The notes: a model not told the origin generated them from the sequence alone. A DNA stretch of 64,000 nt from an uncultured Bdellovibrionales bacterium (GCA_964500505.1 CAZCNN010000003.1:176-64175); one strand, 5' to 3'. Numbered from the stretch's first letter, positions 17,494 to 26,798 are shown. Numbers and translations are program-made.

Positions 17494-17901
17494 ATGGTAG
17501 CGATCGAATGGAGCAAGAAGTACAGTGTCGGTGTGGAGATGTTTGACGAACAACACAAGGTGTTTTTTGGTATCATCAATGATCTCTATGCCTCGATCAT
17601 GGAGCGCAAAGAACGAGCGGTGCTCGGTGATATCTTTGATCAGTTGCTCAAGTACACGGATTTTCATTTTGAATCCGAAGAGCGTTACTTCGATGAGTTT
17701 CACTATGAGCATGCGGTCGAGCACAAAGAGGCACATCGACTTTTGACCGAGCGACTCCTCGCGCTCAAGGCACGCTGGGACGATGACGCGCTCGATAATC
17801 CCTATGAGCTCCTCGATTTTCTCGAAGACTGGCTGGTAGAACACATCATGGGTATGGACCGGCAGTATCACGAGTGCTTTCATACTCATGGTCTGAAATA
17901 G
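17494..17901 (+). CDS. Bacteriohemerythrin
   Basis: W...YSVG...DEQHK, HFESEE, HKEAH, WLVEHIMGMD iron-ligand pattern. Confidence 0.93.
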   Translation: MVAIEWSKKYSVGVEMFDEQHKVFFGIINDLYASIMERKERAVLGDIFDQLLKYTDFHFESEERYFDEFHYEHAVEHKEAHRLLTERLLALKARWDDDALDNPYELLDFLEDWLVEHIMGMDRQYHECFHTHGLK

Positions 17902-17950
17902 CCAGGGACGCTTGATTTTTGCGTTTTTGGATGGTATCCTCTCACTACAA

Positions 17951-18217
17951 GCGCTGAAGGAGACCCGTTCGAATTGGTCGGCATCACTCCCTCGTCACCG
18001 TCGCTCGCGAGCGACGTGACTAGCCCCAAGAAGAAAATCATTGCGATGAGTAGAACTTGGCGGGATACCCTCCCACAGTGCTTTGCACAGTGTGGCGGGC
18101 AGGGGCCCGTAATAGCCCACGAATAAGGTTCACTGCAAGGTGGACGAAGCAAGGTGGTACCGTCCCGAGCAATAGTCGAGGGGCCCTTAGCACAGTTTTT
18201 GTGTTAAGGATTTTTTT
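17951..18217 (+). promoter_or_regulatory. Ile T-box riboswitch leader (transcriptional)
   Basis: Short stem I with ATC specifier (17983-17985), stem II with GAA/AGTA S-turn, stem IIA/B, T-box AAGGTGGTACCG (18151-18162), terminator 18185-18217; upstream of ileS. Confidence 0.85.
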
Positions 18218-18222
18218 ATTTT

Positions 18223-18254
18223 CATGGTCAAATTGATGTATTGATTCATTGTTA
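18223..18254. repeat. Left octamer array flanking the four-helix-bundle gene
   Basis: catggtca aattgatg tattgatt cattgtta. Confidence 0.75.
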
Positions 18255-18260
18255 TAAACT

Positions 18261-18638
18261 ATGACTCAAGAGTATCTTACTTTGAACAAGATTAGTTCAT
18301 ACAAGAAAGCCTTTGCGCTTTCCAATGTGGTTTGGGACATTGTGACGTTGTGGGAAGTATTCGCACGTCAGACAGTTGGTTCACAGTTTGCCCGAGCGAT
18401 TGACTCGGTATCGGCAAATATTGCCGAAGGATTCGGGAGATATGGGAAGAAGGATAAGGTATTCTTCTATCGAATTGCCCGAGCCTCTGTATATGAGTCG
18501 CTTGATTGGCTCGAAAAATCCAAGAGGCGGAATCTTATAGAAGAAAAAGATTACGAGTATATCTTCAAAAGCTTGAAGGAGCTACCAAAAGATATCAATA
18601 CATTGATTAAATATACAAACGACCATTTGAGTGACTAG
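18261..18638 (+). CDS. Four-helix-bundle protein (23S rRNA IVS/Avd-like, TIGR02436-like)
   Basis: SQFARAIDSVSANIAEGFGR...FYRIARAS..E signature; AT-rich. Confidence 0.9.
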   Translation: MTQEYLTLNKISSYKKAFALSNVVWDIVTLWEVFARQTVGSQFARAIDSVSANIAEGFGRYGKKDKVFFYRIARASVYESLDWLEKSKRRNLIEEKDYEYIFKSLKELPKDINTLIKYTNDHLSD

Positions 18639-18667
18639 CCATAAAACAGTTTAGCAATAAAGCCATG
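18636..18667. repeat. Right (inverted) octamer array flanking the four-helix-bundle gene
   Basis: tagccata aaacagtt tagcaata aagccatg; contains the upstream stop codon and the ileS ATG. Confidence 0.75.
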
Positions 18668-21600
18668 AAAACTTTCAAAAAGGTAGAGTCGCAGGTGAGT
18701 TTTCCGAAGATGGAGGAAGAGATCCTCAAGTTTTGGGACGCGGAAAAAATCTTTCAGAAATCTATCGACCAACGACCGGCTGATAAGTTGTATAGCTTTT
18801 ACGATGGCCCACCGTTTGCCACAGGGACACCGCACTATGGCCATATCGTGGCGAGCGCCATCAAGGACACTGTCCCGCGTTACTTCACCATGAAGGGCTA
18901 CCGAGTAGAGCGCAAATGGGGCTGGGATTGTCATGGTTTGCCTATTGAGAATATTGCTGAGAAGGAGCTCGGGATTACACACAAGAAGCAGATTGAAGAA
19001 CTCGGGGTGGCCAAGTTCAATGAGATCTGTCGTTCCAAGGTGCTCGAGTATGTCGCTGAATGGAAGAAAGTGATCGGTCGTTTCGGCCGGTGGGCCGATA
19101 TGGAGCATCCCTACAAGACCATGGACCGTGACTTTATGGAGTCCGTCTGGTGGGTGTTCAAGGAACTTTGGGACAAGGGTCTCGTCTACGAGAGCTATCG
19201 CACCATGCATATCTGTCCGCGCTGTGAGACAACCCTTTCTCAGTCGGAAGTGGCCGAGGGGTACAAAGATGTGAAGGACCTGGCCGTGACAGCAGAATTT
19301 GCACTGCTCGGGGAACCAGTGAAGACTTCAGTTCTGGCCTGGACGACGACTCCGTGGACTTTGCCAGGGAACGTGGCGCTCGCGGTCAATGAAAACCTGG
19401 ACTACGTCACGATTGAGAAGAAAGATGAAGGTACTGGTGAGCTAGTACGATTTATTGTTGCCAAAGCACTGCTTTCAAAAATCTTTGGTGAAGAAGGGTA
19501 CACAGTAGTGGAAGAATACAAAGGCGCAAAGCTCGTAGGAAAATCCTACAAGCCACTCTTTGACTATTATTCAAAACAGTGTGAAGTGATTGGGGAGAAT
19601 GCCGCGCCCGCAACGCTTTCGCGTAGCGAATGCGGGCGGGGCTGGAAGATTTACCATGCCGATTTTGTCACGACTGACATGGGAACGGGCATCGCCCATG
19701 AAGCCCCGGCCTTTGGTGAGGACGACATGCAGCTCGGCAAAACCAACAACTTACCCTGGGTCCAGCATGTGAACATGGACGGGACGATGAAACCTGAAGT
19801 GACGGACTTCGCCGGGCGACAGGTCAAACCGACCGAGAATCCACAAGAGATGGATGTAGAAATTATCAAGCATCTGGCCAAGGAGGGGACGCTCTTTGCC
19901 AAGGAAAAATATGAGCACAGCTACCCACACTGCTGGCGTTGTGATACGCCACTTCTGAACTACGCGACGTCATCGTGGTTCGTCCGGGTGACCGAGATCA
20001 AGCCCGAGATGCTCGAGCTCGCCAAGAGCATTCATTGGTCCCCGGAGCACATCAAAGATGGTCGCTGGGGCAAGTGGCTCGAGGGTGCGCGGGATTGGTC
20101 CATCAGCCGCCAGCGTTACTGGGCTTCTGTCATGCCGCTTTGGAAGTGTACCTGTGGTGAGCTGAAAGTGATTGGATCGGTCGCTGAACTCGAATCACTG
20201 TCTGGGCAGAAGGTGGAGGATCTCCACAAACACATCGTCGATGAGGTGACGTTTCCGTGCGAGAAATGTGGCGAAACGATGCATCGCATCCCGGACGTGC
20301 TCGATACGTGGTTTGATAGTGGCTCGATGCCGTACGCTCAGAATCATTATCCGTTTGAGCACAAGGAGCAATTTGAGCAAACTTTCCCGGCTAATTTTAT
20401 TGCTGAGGGAGTGGATCAGACACGGGCCTGGTTCTACTATCAGCATGTGATTGGGACAGGGATCAAACACAGTAACGCTTTTCAGAATGTGATCGTAAAC
20501 GGCATCGTCCTCGCCGAGGATGGTAAGAAGATGTCGAAGCGCCTCAAGAACTATCCAGACCCGATGGACATTCTCAATAAGTACGGAGCTGATGCTCTCC
20601 GTTACTATCTCCTTTCGTCGCCAGTAGTGGCCGCTGAGAATCTCAATTTTTCTGAGCGTGACCTCTCCGACATCGTCCGCAATGTCTTCCGCATGCTCTG
20701 GAACTCGTACTCGTTTTTCACGACCTATGCGAGTATCGACAACTGGACGCCCAAGACGGATGCCAAGCCGTCGGATAATCTGATGGACCGCTGGATTCTC
20801 TCGGAACTCCAGCTCCTGATACAGGAAGTGGATGGTGCCATGGAGCAGTACGAACTAAACAAAGCAACACGTGCCTTTGCGCCATTTGTCGATAATCTCT
20901 CCAACTGGTACATCCGACGTGGACGCAAGCGTTTCTGGAAGAGTGAAGATGATGGTGATAAAGAACAGGCCTACCAGACCCTCTATACCGTCCTTGTCAC
21001 GCTCTCGAAATTGATGGCGCCATTCACGCCGTTTCTTGCTGAGGAAATTTACAAGAATTTAACAGGTGAAAGTTCTGTTCATCTTGCGGATTATCCGGTG
21101 GCTGATGAGGCCTTGATAGACGTGGATGTTATTAACCAGATGATTACAGCTAGAGAAGCAGTTAAGCAAGGGTTGGCGGTTCGTTCTGAAAAGAAAATAA
21201 AAGTTAGGCAACCACTTGCTGACGCGTTTGTTCTAACAACAGTAGATTTATCGAATGATGTTCGAGAAATTATTGAAGATGAATTGAATGTAAAAAAAGT
21301 TACCCTGTTTAAAGATAGAGATCTTTTTGTACAGGAGATTCTAAAAGAGTTTGGAGGAAATCGTAAACACTTCGTGGCTGAAGATGACGAGAGAGAACTT
21401 GATAGATTGGTTGCTGGAACTGCTTTAAATGTTGAAATCACTCCCGAGTTGAAACTCGAAGGAGAGATGCGGGAAGTGGTACGGGCTATCCAAGAGGGTC
21501 GCAAGAAGGCCAAGTTCAATGTGGAGGACCGCATCATCCTCGGCTACATCGGCAAGGATGAAGTCTTCGCCAAGTTCGAAACCGAAATCGCTCATGAAGT

Positions 21601-21703
21601 CCTCGCCACAACTGTACAAAAAGGCGCTCTCACCGATGCCGAGTATCAAGAAACCGTTACTCTCGATGACGAAGAATTTACTTTGAGTCTCAGACGAGTA
21701 TGA
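18665..21703 (+). CDS. ileS: Isoleucine--tRNA ligase (type 2)
   Basis: DGPPFATGTPHYGH, GWDCHGLP, WTTTPWT, KMSKR; no C-terminal zinc finger. Confidence 0.97.
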   Translation: MKTFKKVESQVSFPKMEEEILKFWDAEKIFQKSIDQRPADKLYSFYDGPPFATGTPHYGHIVASAIKDTVPRYFTMKGYRVERKWGWDCHGLPIENIAEKELGITHKKQIEELGVAKFNEICRSKVLEYVAEWKKVIGRFGRWADMEHPYKTMDRDFMESVWWVFKELWDKGLVYESYRTMHICPRCETTLSQSEVAEGYKDVKDLAVTAEFALLGEPVKTSVLAWTTTPWTLPGNVALAVNENLDYVTIEKKDEGTGELVRFIVAKALLSKIFGEEGYTVVEEYKGAKLVGKSYKPLFDYYSKQCEVIGENAAPATLSRSECGRGWKIYHADFVTTDMGTGIAHEAPAFGEDDMQLGKTNNLPWVQHVNMDGTMKPEVTDFAGRQVKPTENPQEMDVEIIKHLAKEGTLFAKEKYEHSYPHCWRCDTPLLNYATSSWFVRVTEIKPEMLELAKSIHWSPEHIKDGRWGKWLEGARDWSISRQRYWASVMPLWKCTCGELKVIGSVAELESLSGQKVEDLHKHIVDEVTFPCEKCGETMHRIPDVLDTWFDSGSMPYAQNHYPFEHKEQFEQTFPANFIAEGVDQTRAWFYYQHVIGTGIKHSNAFQNVIVNGIVLAEDGKKMSKRLKNYPDPMDILNKYGADALRYYLLSSPVVAAENLNFSERDLSDIVRNVFRMLWNSYSFFTTYASIDNWTPKTDAKPSDNLMDRWILSELQLLIQEVDGAMEQYELNKATRAFAPFVDNLSNWYIRRGRKRFWKSEDDGDKEQAYQTLYTVLVTLSKLMAPFTPFLAEEIYKNLTGESSVHLADYPVADEALIDVDVINQMITAREAVKQGLAVRSEKKIKVRQPLADAFVLTTVDLSNDVREIIEDELNVKKVTLFKDRDLFVQEILKEFGGNRKHFVAEDDERELDRLVAGTALNVEITPELKLEGEMREVVRAIQEGRKKAKFNVEDRIILGYIGKDEVFAKFETEIAHEVLATTVQKGALTDAEYQETVTLDDEEFTLSLRRV
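19603..19640 (+). repeat. Palindromic element in frame in ileS
   Basis: cgcgcccgcaacgctttcgcgtagcgaatgcgggcggg; encodes APATLSRSECGR. Confidence 0.8.
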
Positions 21704-22227
21704 GTCGAGTGATTATTTTCTGCGGGTTGCCAGCGTCAGGGAAGACAACGCTAGCCAAAGAAATCTCAAGGAGGCTGAACATTTTTTGCCTGCACAAAGA
21801 TGCCATGAAAGAAAGGATGTATACACTGCTTGAGGGCAAAACACTCGAAGACAGTCACCGGTATGGAGAGTGTGTTATTAAAATGATGATTGCTTTGGGT
21901 GAGGACTCAATTGAGAACGGTATTGATGTTATGTTAGAGGGTCCGTTCAATCATCCTGATAATCCCAAGCGATTCCAAGAATGGTTAGAAAAGTACGATA
22001 TAGACCTTCGGATGATCATTTGCTCCATTGATGAGGAAGAACGGAAACGTCGTCATGAGACGCGTGCTCGGCATCCTGGGCATCATGATCAGGAGAGGCT
22101 GAATTTGCACCCTTTTAATCCTGGATCGTTCGACTATACACAGATGCCAGGGAGGAAACTGTTTCTTGAGACCAATAAGCCCACGGAGGAACTCGCGAAA
22201 ACAGTCATCGAATTTCTCCAATCATAA
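21700..22227 (+). CDS. P-loop kinase (AAA_33-like)
   Basis: GLPASGKTT Walker A; overlaps the ileS stop (ATGA). Confidence 0.85.
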   Translation: MSRVIIFCGLPASGKTTLAKEISRRLNIFCLHKDAMKERMYTLLEGKTLEDSHRYGECVIKMMIALGEDSIENGIDVMLEGPFNHPDNPKRFQEWLEKYDIDLRMIICSIDEEERKRRHETRARHPGHHDQERLNLHPFNPGSFDYTQMPGRKLFLETNKPTEELAKTVIEFLQS

Positions 22228-22260
22228 ATCAAAAATTGTAAATCTTGATTCATCTCCAGA

Positions 22261-22983
22261 GTGGAACTCCGCTATAACGCTATTGTGCTCAGGAAGAAAG
22301 AGGTTGGTGAGACGGATCGGCTCTATACGCTGTATACCGAATCGGCCGGCAAATTGCAGTTGGTCGCGAAGGGCGTACGCAAGCCCGAGGCCAAGCTCGC
22401 CGGTCAGCTCGAGACCCTCATGCAGGGTCTGGTCATCGTGGTGAAGGGGCGGGGGGCTGGCAAGATCGCCGGAGCTGTGGCTGAAAAAAGTTACATCCAC
22501 CTCCGGAACAACCTCGATATCCTCCGCCGGACGATGGAGGCGGTGAGTATCTTTGAGCGCCTCGTGGGCTGGGAAGAACAGGACAAGGTTCTCTTTACTC
22601 TCCTTGGTGAGTACCTCGATATCGTGAATGATCTGGCGAAGGAGGGGAAAACTGACAAGGTTCTCCTCGTGACGGAGGGTTTCCTCTTTCAACTCTACGC
22701 CCATCTCGGCTACGAAATCGAGACGGGGATATGTGTAGTATCAGGGGAAAAACTCTCCACGGGGGAGCGGCACTTTTTTAGTCCGAGCGCCGGAGGCATC
22801 CTCAGGAGTGAGCACGCCCATACGACCCATGGTGCCCTCCCAGTGAGCGAGAGTGTGATCAAACTCATTCGACTGTTTCTCAAAAACAAATTGGTCACGC
22901 TTCCCAAGGTAGCGGTGTCGGCGGAGGATGTCCGTGAGGCACGGCGGGTAGCGACACGCTTTTTTCAGTGGATTGAGAGCTAG
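22261..22983 (+). CDS. recO: DNA repair protein RecO
   Basis: AIVLR...GETDR.YTLYT...GK...AKGVRK; C-terminal CVVSG...FSPSAGG. Confidence 0.93.
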   Translation: MELRYNAIVLRKKEVGETDRLYTLYTESAGKLQLVAKGVRKPEAKLAGQLETLMQGLVIVVKGRGAGKIAGAVAEKSYIHLRNNLDILRRTMEAVSIFERLVGWEEQDKVLFTLLGEYLDIVNDLAKEGKTDKVLLVTEGFLFQLYAHLGYEIETGICVVSGEKLSTGERHFFSPSAGGILRSEHAHTTHGALPVSESVIKLIRLFLKNKLVTLPKVAVSAEDVREARRVATRFFQWIES

Positions 22984-23014
22984 TTTCTTGCTACAATGGA
23001 AGAAACAAACCCCT

Positions 23015-24973
23015 ATGGGACTCACCGAACTCAATGACAGACTGCATAGTCGAGACCTCCATCTCGATCGCACCCGCAAGCCGGACACTTTTCGTCCGGA
23101 GAGTGCTGTCGCCGATACTGATACCCTCGCTCAGTTTCAGAAGACCGAAGGCTGGGGCAATGAATCTTTGCCGTCCAAAGTCGACCTCGTGATTCCTGAA
23201 CCGGTGGAGGCCATCATCTCCTCCGATGATCGCGCCCGCAAGCGTCGCAAGACCCTGGCGATAGTCTTGGGTGGTGTGGCCGCGCTCCTTCTCATCGGAG
23301 GTATCCTCATGAAACTCCGGGCCAATATCTTTTCCCAGGACAACATCACACTCGAATTTACTGGTCCAGCTGATGTGGCTGGAGCCGAGCTCAGTACGTT
23401 TGATCTCGAGTACGCCAACACGAACTGGATGGGTATCGAAAACGCGACTCTCGTCTTTGAGTATCCGGAGACCTTTCGTCCAGAGCCGGCCCTCGGTCTC
23501 GATATCAAAAAGTCGCGAGCGGAACTCGCCGTAGGTGACGTCGCTTCCAATGCCCGGGTCAAAACCAAACTCTCCGGCAAGTTTTATGGCGCCAAAGGGG
23601 ACGAAGTCAAAATCGCCGTGACGCTCCGCTATAGTCCGAACAATATCTCGAGTAGTTATGAAAAGAAGGCAGAGCGCTCGGTCCGTATCGTCTCGTCGCC
23701 GATATTCTTTGAGATTGATGCTCCGTTTGAACTGACCTCCGACCAAGAAATTCAGTATGACATCCGCTATGGTAACCCGGGCGACATCCCATTTTCTGGT
23801 CTCAAGATAAAGCTTGAGTATCCAGCGGGGTTCATCTTTACCGGAGCGACCCCTCGTTCGACTGATCAGAAAAACGTCTGGGATATCGGAGCTCTGCCAC
23901 CTGGTGCAGAAGGTACCATAGCCGTGAGAGGCAGACTCACCGGATCACGTGATGAACAGAAATTAATCGAAGGAGGCATCGGAATCATTCAAGGCGATGG
24001 GACATTTGTCGCTTACGGTGAGAATCAGCGCAAGACCAAGATGGTGGCGTCGCCATTTTCTATCCGACAGTCTGTGAACGGTGCGACTGAGGGGGATGCC
24101 AACCCAGGTGAACCACTCCGCTATGATATTGAGTACCGCAATGATGGCAACGTCGGTATCCGTGATGCCATCGTGACCGTCGAGCTCGACTCACCGTTTC
24201 TTGATCTCGGGACGCTCCAGTTTGAAAATGACAACGTCAAAGGTGCCTATAGTCAGTCCCGCAAGTCGATTATCTGGAAGGCATCCGATGTGCCCTCACT
24301 CGCTCGCGTCGATCCGGGTCAGACGGGACGCCTCGCTTTTAGTGTAAAGACCTATCCCAACCCGGAGCAGGGTGTCGCCGGCGCGCGCAATCCCGTCGTC
24401 CGATCCATCGCCAAGATAGACAGTCCTGATATCCCGGCAATCGTCGGTGTGACCAAAGTCGTTGCGAGCAACACGCTTATCGTAAAGTTAAACACGATGC
24501 TCTCGAGTGACCTCCGGGGTTACTATCAGGATGCTCTCATCCCAAATACTGGTCCGATACCGCCACTCGTCGATCAAGAAACTACCTATACCCTCCATTT
24601 GGTCCTCGCCAATTCCTCAAACGAAATCAAGGACAGTCGTATGAGTGTCCTTCTCCCGAGTGGTATCCGCTATACCGGACAGACCAATGCTCCTGGCGAA
24701 AAGCTCTCCTTCAATGAACGGACCAATGAATTGGTGTGGGATATGGGGACGTTTGCCCCTGGTATCACCCGGCAGATTGTCTTCCAGGTGGGTGCGACAC
24801 CCGATGCCTCACTCGTCAACAAAGAAGTGACGTTCGTGAGCAAGATGGTGTTTACCGGCAAGGACGTATTTACTGAACGGGACCTCCGACTTGAAAAAGC
24901 TGGGAAAACGAGTAGTATTCCTGAGGATGCCTCGGTCCCTGACAGCGGGTACCGCGTCCGAGCCACCCCTTAG
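23015..24973 (+). CDS. Membrane-anchored multi-Ig-like (DUF11-like) protein
   Basis: Single TM followed by repeated beta-rich domains (Y.I.Y.N.G, W..G.L.PG). Confidence 0.7.
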   Translation: MGLTELNDRLHSRDLHLDRTRKPDTFRPESAVADTDTLAQFQKTEGWGNESLPSKVDLVIPEPVEAIISSDDRARKRRKTLAIVLGGVAALLLIGGILMKLRANIFSQDNITLEFTGPADVAGAELSTFDLEYANTNWMGIENATLVFEYPETFRPEPALGLDIKKSRAELAVGDVASNARVKTKLSGKFYGAKGDEVKIAVTLRYSPNNISSSYEKKAERSVRIVSSPIFFEIDAPFELTSDQEIQYDIRYGNPGDIPFSGLKIKLEYPAGFIFTGATPRSTDQKNVWDIGALPPGAEGTIAVRGRLTGSRDEQKLIEGGIGIIQGDGTFVAYGENQRKTKMVASPFSIRQSVNGATEGDANPGEPLRYDIEYRNDGNVGIRDAIVTVELDSPFLDLGTLQFENDNVKGAYSQSRKSIIWKASDVPSLARVDPGQTGRLAFSVKTYPNPEQGVAGARNPVVRSIAKIDSPDIPAIVGVTKVVASNTLIVKLNTMLSSDLRGYYQDALIPNTGPIPPLVDQETTYTLHLVLANSSNEIKDSRMSVLLPSGIRYTGQTNAPGEKLSFNERTNELVWDMGTFAPGITRQIVFQVGATPDASLVNKEVTFVSKMVFTGKDVFTERDLRLEKAGKTSSIPEDASVPDSGYRVRATP

Positions 24974-24983
24974 TTTTCTTCGC

Positions 24984-26147
24984 ATGAGCCATTGGCGAGA
25001 TCGCACCGAGCACGATGGGCGTCGCATCGGTCATATACAGACCAGAAAAGGGAGTCTCGCGACGCCCTTTTTTATGCCGGACGCCACGCGCGCGACGGTG
25101 CGTGGTTTGACGCGCGAGGATCTGGAGCGAGCCGGTGTCGAGGCGCTCGTGGTGAATACCTATCATCTTTTTCTACAACCTGGTGAAGCACTCATCCGGG
25201 ATGTCGCAGAGCTCGCCCGACATAACTACGGTGAAGGCGTTGTGGTCGGGGGTATTCACGAATTTATGGACTGGCCACATCCTGTCCTCTCTGATTCGGG
25301 CGGCTACCAGGTCTACTCACTTATTCACCAGAATCCCGACCTCGGACGAATCACCGAAGAAGGAGCGGAGTTTCGTTCGGTCCTCGATGGTTCCAAGCAC
25401 CTCCTCACTCCAGAACGTTCTATCCAGGTCCAGTTTGATCTCGGGGTGGATATGATGGTGGTGCTCGATGATCCGCGCCCGAATGATGCCTCCGAGGAGG
25501 ACATTGTCTCGGCAGTGGACCGGACCCTCCGCTGGGCCAAGCGTTGTCGAGAGGAGTATGATCGACAGGTAGGAGCACGAGGACTGACTGACCAGAACCG
25601 GCCACTCATCTTTGGCGTGGTGCAGGGTGGCAAGATGCTCTCGGAACGAAAGCGCTGTGCCGAGGGGCTCGTCGCTATCGGGTTTGATGGCTATGGTCTC
25701 GGTGGGCGCCATATCGATACCGACGGGACATTTCTTGAGGACATTATCACAGCCATTCCGACGTATCTCCCCGAAGACAGTATCCGCTTTGCCCTCGGTG
25801 TGGGGACGCCGGATGACATTGTACGCTTCCATCGGGTGGGTTGGGATATGTTTGATTGTGTTATCCCGACCAGGGAAGGAAGGCATGGTCGTCTTTTTAT
25901 TTGGAAAAGCGAAATGCCGGAGTTATCGGAAGATTTTTATGAAACAATTAATATCAAAAACGAGCAGTTTACGAGTGATTTCACTCCCGTCGATCCGACC
26001 TGCGACTGCACGCTCTGTACTCGCTACACGAGGAGCTATCTCAAACATCTTTTGAAAGTGGGCGAACCCCTCGCCCTCCGCCTCGCGTCCGAGCACAACC
26101 TGCGTTTCTATATGCGTCTCATGGAGCGACTCCGCGCTGAGGCATAA
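24984..26147 (+). CDS. tgt: tRNA-guanine transglycosylase
   Basis: TPFFMP, NTYHL, DSGGYQ, VQGG, DMFDCV.PTR, CDC..C zinc site, HNL. Confidence 0.95.
   Translation: MSHWRDRTEHDGRRIGHIQTRKGSLATPFFMPDATRATVRGLTREDLERAGVEALVVNTYHLFLQPGEALIRDVAELARHNYGEGVVVGGIHEFMDWPHPVLSDSGGYQVYSLIHQNPDLGRITEEGAEFRSVLDGSKHLLTPERSIQVQFDLGVDMMVVLDDPRPNDASEEDIVSAVDRTLRWAKRCREEYDRQVGARGLTDQNRPLIFGVVQGGKMLSERKRCAEGLVAIGFDGYGLGGRHIDTDGTFLEDIITAIPTYLPEDSIRFALGVGTPDDIVRFHRVGWDMFDCVIPTREGRHGRLFIWKSEMPELSEDFYETINIKNEQFTSDFTPVDPTCDCTLCTRYTRSYLKHLLKVGEPLALRLASEHNLRFYMRLMERLRAEA
25212..25250 (-). repeat. Degenerate palindromic element in frame in tgt
   Basis: Encodes LARHNYGEGVVVG, alignable with the TrmH insert LARQSYAGSVSGG. 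Confidence 0.65.
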
Positions 26148-26224
26148 ATTTGAGTATGAAAAAAGCGCGGCCGGATTGGTTCTCCGTACGCGCGTGATTG
26201 TGGCCTACTTGAGCTCGGTTGGCC

Positions 26225-26428
26225 CTACTTGTGCTGTTTGTGGTGCCGAGCCATGTCTTCCTCCGTCATGACCTGCAACGTGCAACCGCACGGACCGTGG
26301 CCGGCCAGAGGAGTGACGTTGCCGTCACAGGGACACTGCGTGACCCCTCTCCTTGCCCTCAACAGCATCTTGCAGATGAGAAGAGCAGGTACGCCGACGA
26401 TGACAACGATGATGAGGATGTTCAGCAT
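26225..26428 (-). CDS. Small membrane-anchored Cys/His-rich protein
   Basis: N-terminal TM, CPC...CGC, HHKQHK; second gene of a minus-strand pair. Confidence 0.6.
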   Translation of the reverse strand: MLNILIIVVIVGVPALLICKMLLRARRGVTQCPCDGNVTPLAGHGPCGCTLQVMTEEDMARHHKQHK

Positions 26429-26436
26429 GCTGACCC

Positions 26437-26685
26437 CTAATTCATCTTGATCGTGCGGGCAGGATCGGCTGGTTGGCAGTCATCAACCGCCCAGACATGA
26501 TGACAGGCCCAGCACTGGTAGCGCCGGCGTCCCGTCATGTCGGGTCCAAGCTGGTCGGATTCCGAACAGCCACACTCAGGGACGGGACAGCTGGGACTCT
26601 TGGTCCGGAACACCCAGTACAAGAATGCAACCACCATGAGGAAGATTGCCAACTTGGCCAAAACTTCCCACGCGATGCTCTCCAT
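26437..26685 (-). CDS. Small membrane-anchored zinc-ribbon-like protein
   Basis: TM, then CPVPECG...YQCWACHHVW; GAGGAG SD. Confidence 0.65.
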   Translation of the reverse strand: MESIAWEVLAKLAIFLMVVAFLYWVFRTKSPSCPVPECGCSESDQLGPDMTGRRRYQCWACHHVWAVDDCQPADPARTIKMN

Positions 26686-26769
26686 GACGTTCTCCTCGGG
26701 CGATATGCCCTTCTTGGGTTGAAACAACAGGCGTTTGCCTGTACACTGAAAATGTCAAACAACTTGTAT

Positions 26770-26798
26770 ACTATACAGGAGAATATTACTTTTGTCAA
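26770..26798 (-). promoter_or_regulatory. Sigma70 promoter for the minus-strand small genes
   Basis: TTGACA-17-TATAGT. Confidence 0.75.
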
